This document shows positions 37,214-45,909 of a stretch of 64,000 nucleotides of DNA, piece by piece (position 1 is the stretch's first letter; each line of letters opens with the position of its first letter). The notes under the pieces are model-generated. The model saw only the letters and a list, made by a program, of their open reading frames with translations, was not told the DNA's origin and searched no databases. This stretch comes from a virus (taxonomy: Duplodnaviria > Heunggongvirae > Uroviricota > Caudoviricetes): the IMG/VR virus record IMGVR_UViG_3300020171_000017, positions 48,685-112,684 of that record; one strand, 5' to 3'. Made by a program: the position numbers and the translations under genes.

Positions 37214-37565
37214 TTTTTACTCCTTTTTTTATAAAACAAGGCGGGCACTACTTTCTTTAACAGAGAGTTTAATAGGAAGCGCCTGTGCCTTAAGTTTTAA
37301 GAGGCGAAGCGTATTCTACGCCCTTTTAGGGCGTTTGCGATGGAATAGGAACGATTGATGCCTCAAATTACTTCTTTGTTTAATTTTAAAGTGGAATAAT
37401 CAAGATTTCTAAAGTATTTTCCACTTCTAATCTTAAAAAGGGCGGAAAGTATTTTTCATCCAAGAATTTTATAGGAACTTTCGTTGCCCAAAAATTTACA
37501 ATGAATAATTGCGGTGTGAAATTCTACGGTTGTTAATTCTTATCTATTGATTCCTAAAATAATAT

Positions 37566-37757
37566 TTATGTCGTTAATTCCTTTTTAGTTTTATCACTTA
37601 AAAGACTAGACGCAAAACTTACCTTTGAACCACATGGTGCATAACCTACAGTAACATTACCTATATATGCCATGGTTCTTGTGATATTTTTTGAATCATA
37701 TTTAATTTCTTTTTTTATGATTTTTTTTAAGTAAGATTTTTTTGCGAGTTTTTTCAT
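37566..37757 (-). CDS. small basic protein (63 aa), doubtful
   Basis: ORF in otherwise non-coding 600-nt region. Confidence 0.25.
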   Translation of the reverse strand: MKKLAKKSYLKKIIKKEIKYDSKNITRTMAYIGNVTVGYAPCGSKVSFASSLLSDKTKKELTT

Positions 37758-37830
37758 TTTTATTGTCTTTAATATTCATTTTTCAATTATTCTAATTATA
37801 GCATAAATCTAACTTTTGTCAATATAAATT

Positions 37831-38373
37831 TTATCCTACTAAACTTCTCTCCCAACGTATTTTATTCGCCTTGGATTGCGGTAAATTACGATCTCTATTG
37901 TTCCAATCTACAAAAGCAGTTTCATTACCGATATGCCAACCACTTGCTTTATAAATCGTACCAGTATGTACTTCTGTATCTTGATATGAAATTAAACGTG
38001 TTATTTCTGGCATCTTCTTCTTAATTAGTTTAATCATAACACTTATCATTCTACTAGCAGTATTCTTAGGGCATTTCTCAGATATAGCCAATCTTCTTAA
38101 CTCTAATATCTTTTTGCCATTTTTAAATCTGTTTTGCGCTACAGGACTTGACCAAATACCTACAGCTAAACATATATTGTCGAAATACGCACCATAACAA
38201 ACATAATGCGTATTTCTAGTAACATTAGAACAATCTATTATGGGTAATCTTGAGTGCCATAAAGCATTCATACGGCAAGCGTTTTGTGGTCTTATCTCTC
38301 GCACTATCATTTCAAGCGGAGAGGTCGGAATCGAACCGCCATTAATATTTTGGAATAAATCTTGTTCTACCAT
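37831..38373 (-). CDS. hypothetical protein (180 aa)
   Basis: ORF; no family recognised. Confidence 0.4.
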   Translation of the reverse strand: MVEQDLFQNINGGSIPTSPLEMIVREIRPQNACRMNALWHSRLPIIDCSNVTRNTHYVCYGAYFDNICLAVGIWSSPVAQNRFKNGKKILELRRLAISEKCPKNTASRMISVMIKLIKKKMPEITRLISYQDTEVHTGTIYKASGWHIGNETAFVDWNNRDRNLPQSKANKIRWERSLVG

Positions 38374-38390
38374 TAAACTATCTCCGCAAT

Positions 38391-38660
38391 CTATATTTCC
38401 AATATCCTTTTACAAATCTCGCTATCAATCTTTTTATTTTCTTTAAACCTTATTAACAATAGTTGCAATATACGATCCCAATCTTTATAGCAAGAACTAC
38501 AAACGCCGAATTGTATATTCTTAATGACAATCGAATAGAAACCTAATGTTAGATCATCAGTAGCTGTAAGTATCATTTCTTGTTCTAGTTTAGAATCACA
38601 AATATAGCAGATCATTTCTGTGTATCTCCGTAGTAAGTTGCTATTGCCAAAGCAGACCAC
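38391..38660 (-). CDS. Cys-rich zinc-finger protein (89 aa)
   Basis: CYICDS...CSSCYKDW. Confidence 0.35.
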   Translation of the reverse strand: MVCFGNSNLLRRYTEMICYICDSKLEQEMILTATDDLTLGFYSIVIKNIQFGVCSSCYKDWDRILQLLLIRFKENKKIDSEICKRILEI

Positions 38661-39070
38661 ATATCTTTTGAAATTCCATATAACATACCAGGATTTTTTT
38701 TTGTGCCTGGTTCACCGAAACGATCAACAAGCACTTGCCTGATATTAGAATCTTTTGCTTTCATACTATTGCAATGATGAATTTTCACATCTTTACGATA
38801 TACTAAAACTGGATTTTTATCTTGATACGCATGTAAGAATTTACCGATCCACAAAAGAGTTTCAAATACACTTTTACCAACCGCCATGCCGTAACAAGCA
38901 ATCATCTCGACGGGCATTAAGTAAGTTGCTACCTTGTCTTTACCTAATATTTCAATTTTTTTCAACAATTCGGCATTAGGCACAATTCCTTTATCTAAAA
39001 GTAAATTATTCTTATGATCCCAAATTACAAACGCACTTTGTTCAGATCCAGGGTCGATTGCGAAAATCAT
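38612..39070 (-). CDS. RuvC-like Holliday junction resolvase
   Basis: N-terminus MIFAIDPGSEQSAFVIW (RuvC motif I), 152 aa. Confidence 0.6.
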   Translation of the reverse strand: MIFAIDPGSEQSAFVIWDHKNNLLLDKGIVPNAELLKKIEILGKDKVATYLMPVEMIACYGMAVGKSVFETLLWIGKFLHAYQDKNPVLVYRKDVKIHHCNSMKAKDSNIRQVLVDRFGEPGTKKNPGMLYGISKDMWSALAIATYYGDTQK

Positions 39071-39073
39071 AGA

Positions 39074-39250
39074 TTATTCGTTACATTTCCTACAAAAATA
39101 TTCCTCACTTAACTTACTCACATCATTATCATTTAATTCATCTTCATCAGCAAAATGCCAATCTTTATTATTTTCATTCTTTACCACGATTAACCTCGAT
39201 ATTAGTCCAGCACTTATAACTTTACCACAATCAAAACATGTCCGCCACAT
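39074..39250 (-). CDS. small zinc-ribbon protein; start placed at internal Met
   Basis: tracked ORF's first 42 codons read through repeat R1 (39279-39377); MWRTCFDCGK...CRKCNE. Confidence 0.3.
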   Translation of the reverse strand: MWRTCFDCGKVISAGLISRLIVVKNENNKDWHFADEDELNDNDVSKLSEEYFCRKCNE

Positions 39251-39278
39251 ATTATGCGCCTTTCTTTGCCTTAAAATG

Positions 39279-39377
39279 AACAACAGGTCATTGCCTGTTG
39301 TGCCACACCTTACCGGACCATACCAAACCTCACAGGGCCCTACCACACCACACCTTACCCCACCCAACCTCACCATA
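39279..39377. repeat. intergenic repeat copy 1: 9-bp hairpin + ~70-nt CA-rich tract
   Basis: AACAACAGG-tcattg-CCTGTTGTG then caccttaccggaccataccaaacctcacagggccctaccacaccacaccttaccccacccaacctcacca. Confidence 0.6.
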
Positions 39378-39382
39378 ATTAT

Positions 39383-39586
39383 TTATTTAGTATTTTTTTC
39401 TTCTTTAATTCTAATTTTTAACCAGACAAGAAAGGCATCAATTATTTCTCTTACTGTCGTCGGTGTTTTATCTATTGAATTAAAAGTAAAACCTTTCTCT
39501 ATATAGTTGTCTCCATACCTATTCTTTAAAATTTCTTGCATAATAAAATTACATGCATTTTCTAAATCTTTAGAGTCTAATTTCAT
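39383..39586 (-). CDS. hypothetical protein (67 aa)
   Basis: small ORF between repeat copies. Confidence 0.35.
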   Translation of the reverse strand: MKLDSKDLENACNFIMQEILKNRYGDNYIEKGFTFNSIDKTPTTVREIIDAFLVWLKIRIKEEKNTK

Positions 39587-39777
39587 TTTCTTCTCGCTAT
39601 AGTCGCTGGCTCTTCTCCATTGACATGCGAATTAGAAATTCTACATTCGTTACAAATACGGTTTTTTATCCTATCATTAGATAGAAATTTCTTTCTGCAT
39701 TTTAAACAAGGTATTTTTATATAACTAGTATCATTTCGACGACCTGGCACAATATTTCTCCTCTTTTAATTAAATTA

Positions 39778-39888
39778 ACAACAAGTCATCGCTTGTTGTG
39801 CCATACCCCACTACACAGGACCTCACCCCACCGCACCTCACCATACCTGACCGAACTTTAATTAACCATACCTCACCACATTCTTTAA
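39778..39888. repeat. intergenic repeat copy 2: hairpin + CA-rich tract
   Basis: AACAACAAG-tcatcg-CTTGTTGTG then ccataccccactacacaggacctcaccccaccgcacctcaccatacctgaccg...cctcaccac. Confidence 0.6.
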
Positions 39889-39906
39889 ATAATTAAGAAT
39901 TAAACC

Positions 39907-40005
39907 AACAACAAGTCATTGATTGTTGTGCCTTACCGCACCAAACCGCACCGTGCACGACCTAACCGAACCTCACCACACCATACCCCACCGCACCAAA
40001 CCTTA
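39907..40005. repeat. intergenic repeat copy 3: hairpin + CA-rich tract
   Basis: AACAACAAG-tcattga-TTGTTGTG then ccttaccgcaccaaaccgcaccgtgcacgacctaaccgaacctcaccacaccataccccaccgcaccaaacc. Confidence 0.6.
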
Positions 40006-40007
40006 AT

Positions 40008-40514
40008 TTATTCCACAACTTTAAATCTCCCAAACTTCGGTCTGTAATCACCAATCCCCTTAACTTTTCCCGCCTCACTAACAATTTCCAATAAAGTTTC
40101 TTTAGACATTCTATCTGGATCAAAAGTTAAGGTGAATTCTAACTCCCAAGTATTCCATCTTGGTCTATGTTTTATGATCCCGTTTCTTTGTATTCTTGCA
40201 AACCGAGAATCAATTTCATCATATTTTTTATTTAAAGGTATCTTCTCTTCCTCACAAAAAGTAGTTGCAACAACTGTCTCTTTTAAGGTGCGTTTCCCTT
40301 TGGCCTTAAAACTTTTTGCTGCTTCACGGATACTAGATTCTATCCAAGTAGACGGTGCGTAATACCCTATTTTCTCATCGTAGTATACTGCATCAATTAC
40401 ATCATCTTCTTTATTATATATATCTACTTTCTTTTTAGATTTATCTCCATCCATATTATATTTATTCATTAATAATGGAGACACTCCTTTGATCTTTACT
40501 TTAATACTTTCCAT
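40008..40514 (-). CDS. hypothetical protein (168 aa)
   Basis: ORF. Confidence 0.4.
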   Translation of the reverse strand: MESIKVKIKGVSPLLMNKYNMDGDKSKKKVDIYNKEDDVIDAVYYDEKIGYYAPSTWIESSIREAAKSFKAKGKRTLKETVVATTFCEEEKIPLNKKYDEIDSRFARIQRNGIIKHRPRWNTWELEFTLTFDPDRMSKETLLEIVSEAGKVKGIGDYRPKFGRFKVVE

Positions 40515-40867
40515 AAAAAACCTCCAATCAATCTGCGTAATTGATGTTTCGATAAACCATCAACTACATTGTTCATCATATGTAAACATCTACATTTATT
40601 TAGTTCTAACAGCTTAAACTTCCGTGCATCATTCTTATGCTGTTTCTCTTCAAAATGTTGTCCACCTCCTGGTTCAAAGACACATATCGGTTTATCATTT
40701 TTAAATACAACTAAATCAGCAGAACCGTAAGTCCAAATATGTCTTAACCCACTATTCTCTGGTTTAGGAAAAAGATCTCGCAAAGCAACTTCTTTTTGCG
40801 TTACAAATTTTGACCAGGTTTTATTAATGTACTTCTCTAATTGTATCGTCTCTTCAGTTATTAACAT
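40496..40867 (-). CDS. hypothetical protein (123 aa)
   Basis: ORF. Confidence 0.4.
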   Translation of the reverse strand: MLITEETIQLEKYINKTWSKFVTQKEVALRDLFPKPENSGLRHIWTYGSADLVVFKNDKPICVFEPGGGQHFEEKQHKNDARKFKLLELNKCRCLHMMNNVVDGLSKHQLRRLIGGFLWKVLK

Positions 40868-41064
40868 TTTTCTTTTGGCTTATCAAAATATGCAGTTTTA
40901 CACTTAGGACAAAGACGTACCTCTGTTTTTCTTGGTATCCAGGTATGATTACATCGTGCACATTTTAATAAATTTATTTTTATTTTCATTGTTTATTTAA
41001 CTCCTATGATATTACTTATAATATATCTTATATATCTATATTTGTCAAGAGAAAATAGCCTACG

Positions 41065-41406
41065 CTAATCGTCACTTGAAAAAAGTTCATCCCCAATTTC
41101 AAATCCCATTTCTGCCACCTTACCGATAACTTCATCTTCACGTATTAAACGGTATTCGCTGCTTAATACTAGACCTGCTCTCATATTAAAAATTATTTTT
41201 TCACCAATTTTAATTTCTGTTGCATCATAAATTGATTTACCATCATCAGTTTTTTTATCTGATAAATAACCTGGACCAACAGCAACAATCTCACCTATAC
41301 TAGCACTACCTTGAAGACTAGTCCCTTGTGGCAACGCAATACTTTTATAATTTCTCACTTTTGAAACTTTTACTAGCAATCGATTTCCCGTCGGTGCAAT
41401 TTTCAT
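41065..41406 (-). CDS. groES: co-chaperonin GroES-like
   Basis: MKIAPTGNRLLVKV...IGEIVAVGPG pattern of Hsp10. Confidence 0.6.
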   Translation of the reverse strand: MKIAPTGNRLLVKVSKVRNYKSIALPQGTSLQGSASIGEIVAVGPGYLSDKKTDDGKSIYDATEIKIGEKIIFNMRAGLVLSSEYRLIREDEVIGKVAEMGFEIGDELFSSDD

Positions 41407-41631
41407 TTTTTATTCTCCTTTTTTTGTATTATTGTTGTTTAACTTTAATCCCGCCCTTTTTAATCAAATCATCACGTTTTATTTCTTCGGCTGACTTCTT
41501 CGTCCATTTACCATCTTTTCCTTTATGCCAACCAGCACCCTCGGCGGCTGACCATGCAGTAGCAGAACATATATATCGGTACTGAAACACGCACATTAAT
41601 CATAAAAAAAACGACAAGGAAACTCACACAT

Positions 41632-42651
41632 TTATGTGTGCAGAGGAATTGTCGTCCTCCAGTAATTATAAGAAAGAAATACTAAATCCTTCTTATCTAT
41701 GTTTTGAGCTAATCGTTCTCCTGTCTCTAAATTATGCACACTTAATCTATCTTTACTACTGCCACCGACATAACAAATACCGTATTTAGGATGTGTTACA
41801 AGGCTGCCGCGTTTTAATCCAAGTGACATTGTGCTGCCATAATCTTTTCTTATGCCGCCTTTTGAGAAATTAAAACGATGAAGTTGCCTCCTGTGAAACT
41901 GAATTGGAATTAATCTTGTAATTTCTTTGTTTTCTGGAACAGTACCACCTCGCACTGAACTCCAAGCCAATGACCAAGAGTCCACATTGTGCGCGGAAAA
42001 AATTTCGGCTGATTTATTACCTGTCTTTATAAGTCCTAACTCCTGTCTTATTTGGTATGTATCGTAACCAGATTTTAATTCTACTTTTGCAATTTTTTCA
42101 AGTTCTTTATAGAACCACTTCTTACCGACTTCGAGTGGAGAAAAAGATGTATTCCATCTTTTAGCGTTCTTAAATGTAGGTGCTTTTATATCTTCTACTA
42201 CAAATGTCTTAATAGGAAACAACTTCGCGAGAATGACTGCAATCCTTAACTTCGCCTGCCAACGTGCTTTTGTACTTGGTGCTAAAAAGGTTGTTTGAGA
42301 TCTATTGTTTTTATTCTTCCTGCATGGAGTTGTCCTATATCTCCGTACTTTTCTCGCGTTTCTCCTTGTTTCTACCGCTTCTTTTACCCATGAAACAGAA
42401 TTACTTAAAATGTTTAAGTAAGTATGTAATTCTGATTTCACCGTGAACGCTTCTCTCTTGCTGCCAGGATCGATTCCTACCACAATGTCCTGCGTTACAC
42501 CATCAGTACGCTGGATTAACTTGATATAAAAAATCCCAGCCTTGAAACGGCGTTTTGCTCTGTTCTTTTTTATCAGTTCGTTCGCGCGATAATTATTAGT
42601 CGGCATTAATGGTTTCCCTGTCGCGCTGATCACTGGTACAGACTTCTGCAT
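41632..42651 (-). CDS. isrB: IsrB-like RNA-guided nickase homolog (HNH-less IscB; PLMP domain + split RuvC)
   Basis: N-terminal GKPLMPT (PLMP motif), RuvC-I VVGIDPGSKREAF, Arg-rich bridge-helix-like RRNARKVRRYR, ~340 aa, no HNH. Confidence 0.6.
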   Translation of the reverse strand: MQKSVPVISATGKPLMPTNNYRANELIKKNRAKRRFKAGIFYIKLIQRTDGVTQDIVVGIDPGSKREAFTVKSELHTYLNILSNSVSWVKEAVETRRNARKVRRYRTTPCRKNKNNRSQTTFLAPSTKARWQAKLRIAVILAKLFPIKTFVVEDIKAPTFKNAKRWNTSFSPLEVGKKWFYKELEKIAKVELKSGYDTYQIRQELGLIKTGNKSAEIFSAHNVDSWSLAWSSVRGGTVPENKEITRLIPIQFHRRQLHRFNFSKGGIRKDYGSTMSLGLKRGSLVTHPKYGICYVGGSSKDRLSVHNLETGERLAQNIDKKDLVFLSYNYWRTTIPLHT

Positions 42652-42889
42652 TTATTACTCCTTATTATTTAGTTAAGTTACCCTAACCTTACTACAATTT
42701 CTCCCATCCACACTGACTCTCAGAGAGGAAAAGAACTTGGGAAGCATTCTTTACATCTTTTCGAGCTACCACGCTCAGAGAATTCAGTTACTAGCTGTGT
42801 AGTCAATTGTTTAACCTGCTAAGATGATTGGTCTTCTCTTTCGCAAGCCCCTATTTTTAAATAGGGGTTATTGACTTCTCCTTTCTTTT
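42652..42889 (-). ncRNA. candidate omega-RNA of IsrB copy A
   Basis: 238-nt ORF-free region immediately upstream of isrB, conserved 5' segment in copy B, perfect hairpin GCCCCTATTTTTAAATAGGGGT. Confidence 0.35.
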
Positions 42890-43279
42890 CTATATTCCTT
42901 CAGGTATTGTCTTTACTTCTTTTTTCTCGGTCTTAAATTTATAGGTGCATTTATTTGCTATTTTTAAATAAACTAAATCACTAGGTATCGGAAAGTGCCT
43001 GCAAGGTATTGAATATTTTAAGAATATGGGGTTAAAATCTGAATCTATAGCTGGAAAGAAATATTTGATTTTAGAAAAGGAATGTGAATATCTTGATTTA
43101 AAAACATATAAATGTAAAATATATAATAGAAGACCAATACAAGGTTGTCTACTTTCGCTATTCACAATCGAGAATCTACAACATGCGCCTTTGCATTTTT
43201 TAGAGTTACATTTACCAATCCTATTGTATTTTTTCGCTACTTCTTGTGGGTTTGAATATTCTACACAATCTATTCTCAT
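42890..43279 (-). CDS. hypothetical Cys-rich protein (129 aa)
   Basis: ORF. Confidence 0.35.
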   Translation of the reverse strand: MRIDCVEYSNPQEVAKKYNRIGKCNSKKCKGACCRFSIVNSESRQPCIGLLLYILHLYVFKSRYSHSFSKIKYFFPAIDSDFNPIFLKYSIPCRHFPIPSDLVYLKIANKCTYKFKTEKKEVKTIPEGI

Positions 43280-43282
43280 TTT

Positions 43283-43573
43283 TTATTCTCCATCCACTTT
43301 CCTTTTTTTATACACAGGCACAGTCACGCCGAAACGATACTTAAACGCATACCACGCTTTATATCTCTTGTCTTTAGTTTCTTTTCTAAACATCGTTATT
43401 ATTTTCCCGCCTAGAATATCGCACTGAAAGTCTTGTATTGACCGCATCTGTTTTAATATCTGCTCAATGAACTCTTCTTTATTCTGCTCAATCTCATCTA
43501 CCTGATCGTGGTTAAGTTCTATAAGTGTGGTGAAACTCATTTTTACACCTCCAGCCTTAAACAAGTTGGACAT
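43283..43573 (-). CDS. hypothetical protein (96 aa)
   Basis: ORF. Confidence 0.35.
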   Translation of the reverse strand: MSNLFKAGGVKMSFTTLIELNHDQVDEIEQNKEEFIEQILKQMRSIQDFQCDILGGKIITMFRKETKDKRYKAWYAFKYRFGVTVPVYKKRKVDGE

Positions 43574-43938
43574 ATTTTTGCAGGCGTCACTTTAGGTGCT
43601 AATTCAAAATATTCCTCTTCTAAAAAAAACATGCCAGTATCTTTTTGCGCGTCGAATATAACCCCATATCTGAATTTACCTTTGTGCCATTCAACTTCTT
43701 TAATTATTACCCCAGTACCTTCTTTAAAATAACTTCTATAACTCATCCAACCCCACCTTTCTTTTTCACTTATTGTAGGTTCTTTCACCAACACAACTCG
43801 ATCACCTACTTTGAATTTCGAATGCATATACAAAGCCTTTTTATACTCTTCCAGCTTTTCAATAATATATGGTAATTCTATTGTTGGACATGTTTTTATC
43901 CATTCATTTAAAGTTTTTAAATCTTTTATCTCATCCAT
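43543..43938 (-). CDS. hypothetical protein (131 aa)
   Basis: ORF. Confidence 0.4.
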   Translation of the reverse strand: MDEIKDLKTLNEWIKTCPTIELPYIIEKLEEYKKALYMHSKFKVGDRVVLVKEPTISEKERWGWMSYRSYFKEGTGVIIKEVEWHKGKFRYGVIFDAQKDTGMFFLEEEYFELAPKVTPAKICPTCLRLEV

Positions 43939-43940
43939 TT

Positions 43941-44267
43941 TTATGCCTCCTTTGTGAATAGTTCTTTTTCTACCTGATCAATCCTTTTTTTTGCTAAATC
44001 AAAATAAATTGGATTATTCTCAATTCCTATAAAATTACGATTTAATTGTTTACAAACTATGCCAGTAGTACCGCTGCCTAAAAAAGGGTCTAGAACTAAA
44101 TCAGTTGATTTTGTGTGAAGTTTTATAATCCGTTCTATTTCCTTTTTATCCCAATATTCTTTAGTAGTTAAATAAGGCGGATCGGCTATAATTAAATCGA
44201 TAGAATTATCAACTATTTCTTTTATTTCATTACGGCAATCGCCTAAAATAAGTTTTATCATATACAA
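43941..44267 (-). CDS. minimal DNA methyltransferase (DPPY + FxGxG motifs)
   Basis: IADPPYLTT and LDPFLGSGTTGIV in a 108-aa ORF, unusually short. Confidence 0.45.
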   Translation of the reverse strand: MYMIKLILGDCRNEIKEIVDNSIDLIIADPPYLTTKEYWDKKEIERIIKLHTKSTDLVLDPFLGSGTTGIVCKQLNRNFIGIENNPIYFDLAKKRIDQVEKELFTKEA

Positions 44268-44281
44268 AACCTATGTGTTTA

Positions 44282-44629
44282 TCATTCATTCTTAAATTTC
44301 TCACATATTTTACCTTCATGACAACTTTTTTTATATCCATATCGTTTGCCAAAAAAGTAACTATTAAAAATAACACCACATTTTAAACAATACCAATGCA
44401 TATCTTCTTCAGGTCTCATTGTTTCAGCATTAATTAAACCACAGCCAGTAGGATAGATATCGTATTCTTTTGAATGACATTTTGGACAACAAATTTCAAA
44501 ATTATCATTAATAGTATCTTTCAATTCCTTCTCTGCCAATATAAACTCGGCTTCTGAAATTATATTATTCTCTTCTGGCATCAACATTTTCTCCAAACAC
44601 CATGCTCTAAAAATCCATGGTATTGCCAA
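44282..44629 (-). CDS. zinc-ribbon protein (115 aa)
   Basis: CCPKCHS...CLKCG. Confidence 0.35.
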   Translation of the reverse strand: MAIPWIFRAWCLEKMLMPEENNIISEAEFILAEKELKDTINDNFEICCPKCHSKEYDIYPTGCGLINAETMRPEEDMHWYCLKCGVIFNSYFFGKRYGYKKSCHEGKICEKFKNE

Positions 44630-44886
44630 CCAGGAACTATCTCATCGAAATCCTTACCTTTCTTTACTTTTGGTATGCCAATAGAAGGTGAAACTGTAAT
44701 CGTGCCATCTTCATGCTCAATAACCCGCCAATCGGCATTAGCACTAATGCCAGTAATCATAGTACCAGCACATCCTTCTTTCGGCGGTCTTACCCACCAA
44801 TTACCATCTGCGTCTTTACCGAAATCACCAATATCTAATCTCGGAATATATTGCTCGCCAATCCCATCGACACGTTTACCTCGCAT
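44581..44886 (-). CDS. hypothetical protein (101 aa)
   Basis: ORF. Confidence 0.35.
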   Translation of the reverse strand: MRGKRVDGIGEQYIPRLDIGDFGKDADGNWWVRPPKEGCAGTMITGISANADWRVIEHEDGTITVSPSIGIPKVKKGKDFDEIVPGWQYHGFLEHGVWRKC

Positions 44887-44898
44887 ATTTTTATCTAT

Positions 44899-45780
44899 TT
44901 ATATTCCACAATTGCACTTTTGATACAACATTCCAACCAAATTATAACATCCTATCGTTTCTTTACAAATCGCAACCTGTTTACATTGAAGATTTTGTTT
45001 AAACCATTTATACATCTCAACTCGTTTTTCTAGCGGTAACCTTAATTTATGGTCGCCGTCTTTATGGTCTACGCCATATTTAAAAACATCTCGATCTTTT
45101 TTTAGATAAAATAAATTATTAAAGAACCGTAATGAACCTAGTGTTATTCTTTCCGGTTTAAGAAAATCATTAAGCACATCTACTACCGGTTGATACTCGG
45201 TTTTGAAATCTTTGATTTCGATTATCGGGTCTATTCTAATTCTCACATGCTGATTTTGTTTCTTAAGCCTATACGCCGCTGCAATTCTATCGAAAGGGCC
45301 AGGTGCGCCTGTTTCGTATAAATCTGCCACAGTCTGGCTGTTGACCGAAAAACTGAAAATCGTTTGGTTATATACCTTATTATAAGCATTAGTCTCGATT
45401 TCTTTCGGTATAACATTGTTTTTCGTGACAAAAAGAAGTTTATGCTTTGTCTGCGTTTCAAATAAATCCATTACATCAGCAAGTAATTTATTCTCAATCT
45501 CCATAAAACTATCGCTTAATTCCCCTGCATTTAATACCGACGGCCTTGTGGTCTTTGTCAACCATTTTTGTACTTCATTTAAAACTTTTAACGATGAATA
45601 TACTACAGGATCTTTTGTATACCGAAATGTTAAACTCAAGAAACAATAACTGCATTTCGGCTCAAACACGCAATTATTCGCCCATGCGAATACATAGAAA
45701 GATGGACAGATTATATCTTCTGCCTTATTGGTGAATTGATGTATGAACTTTGATTTTCGGATTCGATGAACTAAAGGCAT
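44899..45780 (-). CDS. hypothetical protein, possible Fe-S cluster binding (C-x5-C-x2-C)
   Basis: ANNCVFEPKCSYCF near N-terminus; 293 aa. Confidence 0.35.
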   Translation of the reverse strand: MPLVHRIRKSKFIHQFTNKAEDIICPSFYVFAWANNCVFEPKCSYCFLSLTFRYTKDPVVYSSLKVLNEVQKWLTKTTRPSVLNAGELSDSFMEIENKLLADVMDLFETQTKHKLLFVTKNNVIPKEIETNAYNKVYNQTIFSFSVNSQTVADLYETGAPGPFDRIAAAYRLKKQNQHVRIRIDPIIEIKDFKTEYQPVVDVLNDFLKPERITLGSLRFFNNLFYLKKDRDVFKYGVDHKDGDHKLRLPLEKRVEMYKWFKQNLQCKQVAICKETIGCYNLVGMLYQKCNCGI

Positions 45781-45909
45781 TTTTTTTCTTTAATCTTGTA
45801 TTTAGCCGCAGTTTCTAGCATCTCGATTAAAGCTTCATCTGACGGCAGTTTTTTCGCTATTATTTTGTCCATGATTTTGTTGTATTGTTTAATAGAGATG
45901 AGTTTCATG

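Larger units (their letters stand above)
41585..42890 (-). mobile_element. IsrB-type IS200/IS605-family element, copy A (isrB ORF + upstream non-coding region + 3' hairpin)
   Basis: near-identical second copy at 62920-64000; hairpin ACGACAAGGAAACTCACACATTTATGTGTGCAGAGGAATTGTCGT just 3' of ORF. Confidence 0.55.

Noticed and set aside
39251-39376. N-terminal 42 codons of tracked ORF 39074..39376
   Set aside because: Encoded by repeat copy R1 (Gly/Val/Arg-rich translation of the CA-rich tract); start moved to internal Met at 39250
39279-40005. CRISPR array interpretation of the three repeats
   Set aside because: Repeat units are ~100 nt with variable CA-rich tails rather than 25-40-nt identical repeats with unique spacers; only the hairpin part is conserved; no cas genes nearby
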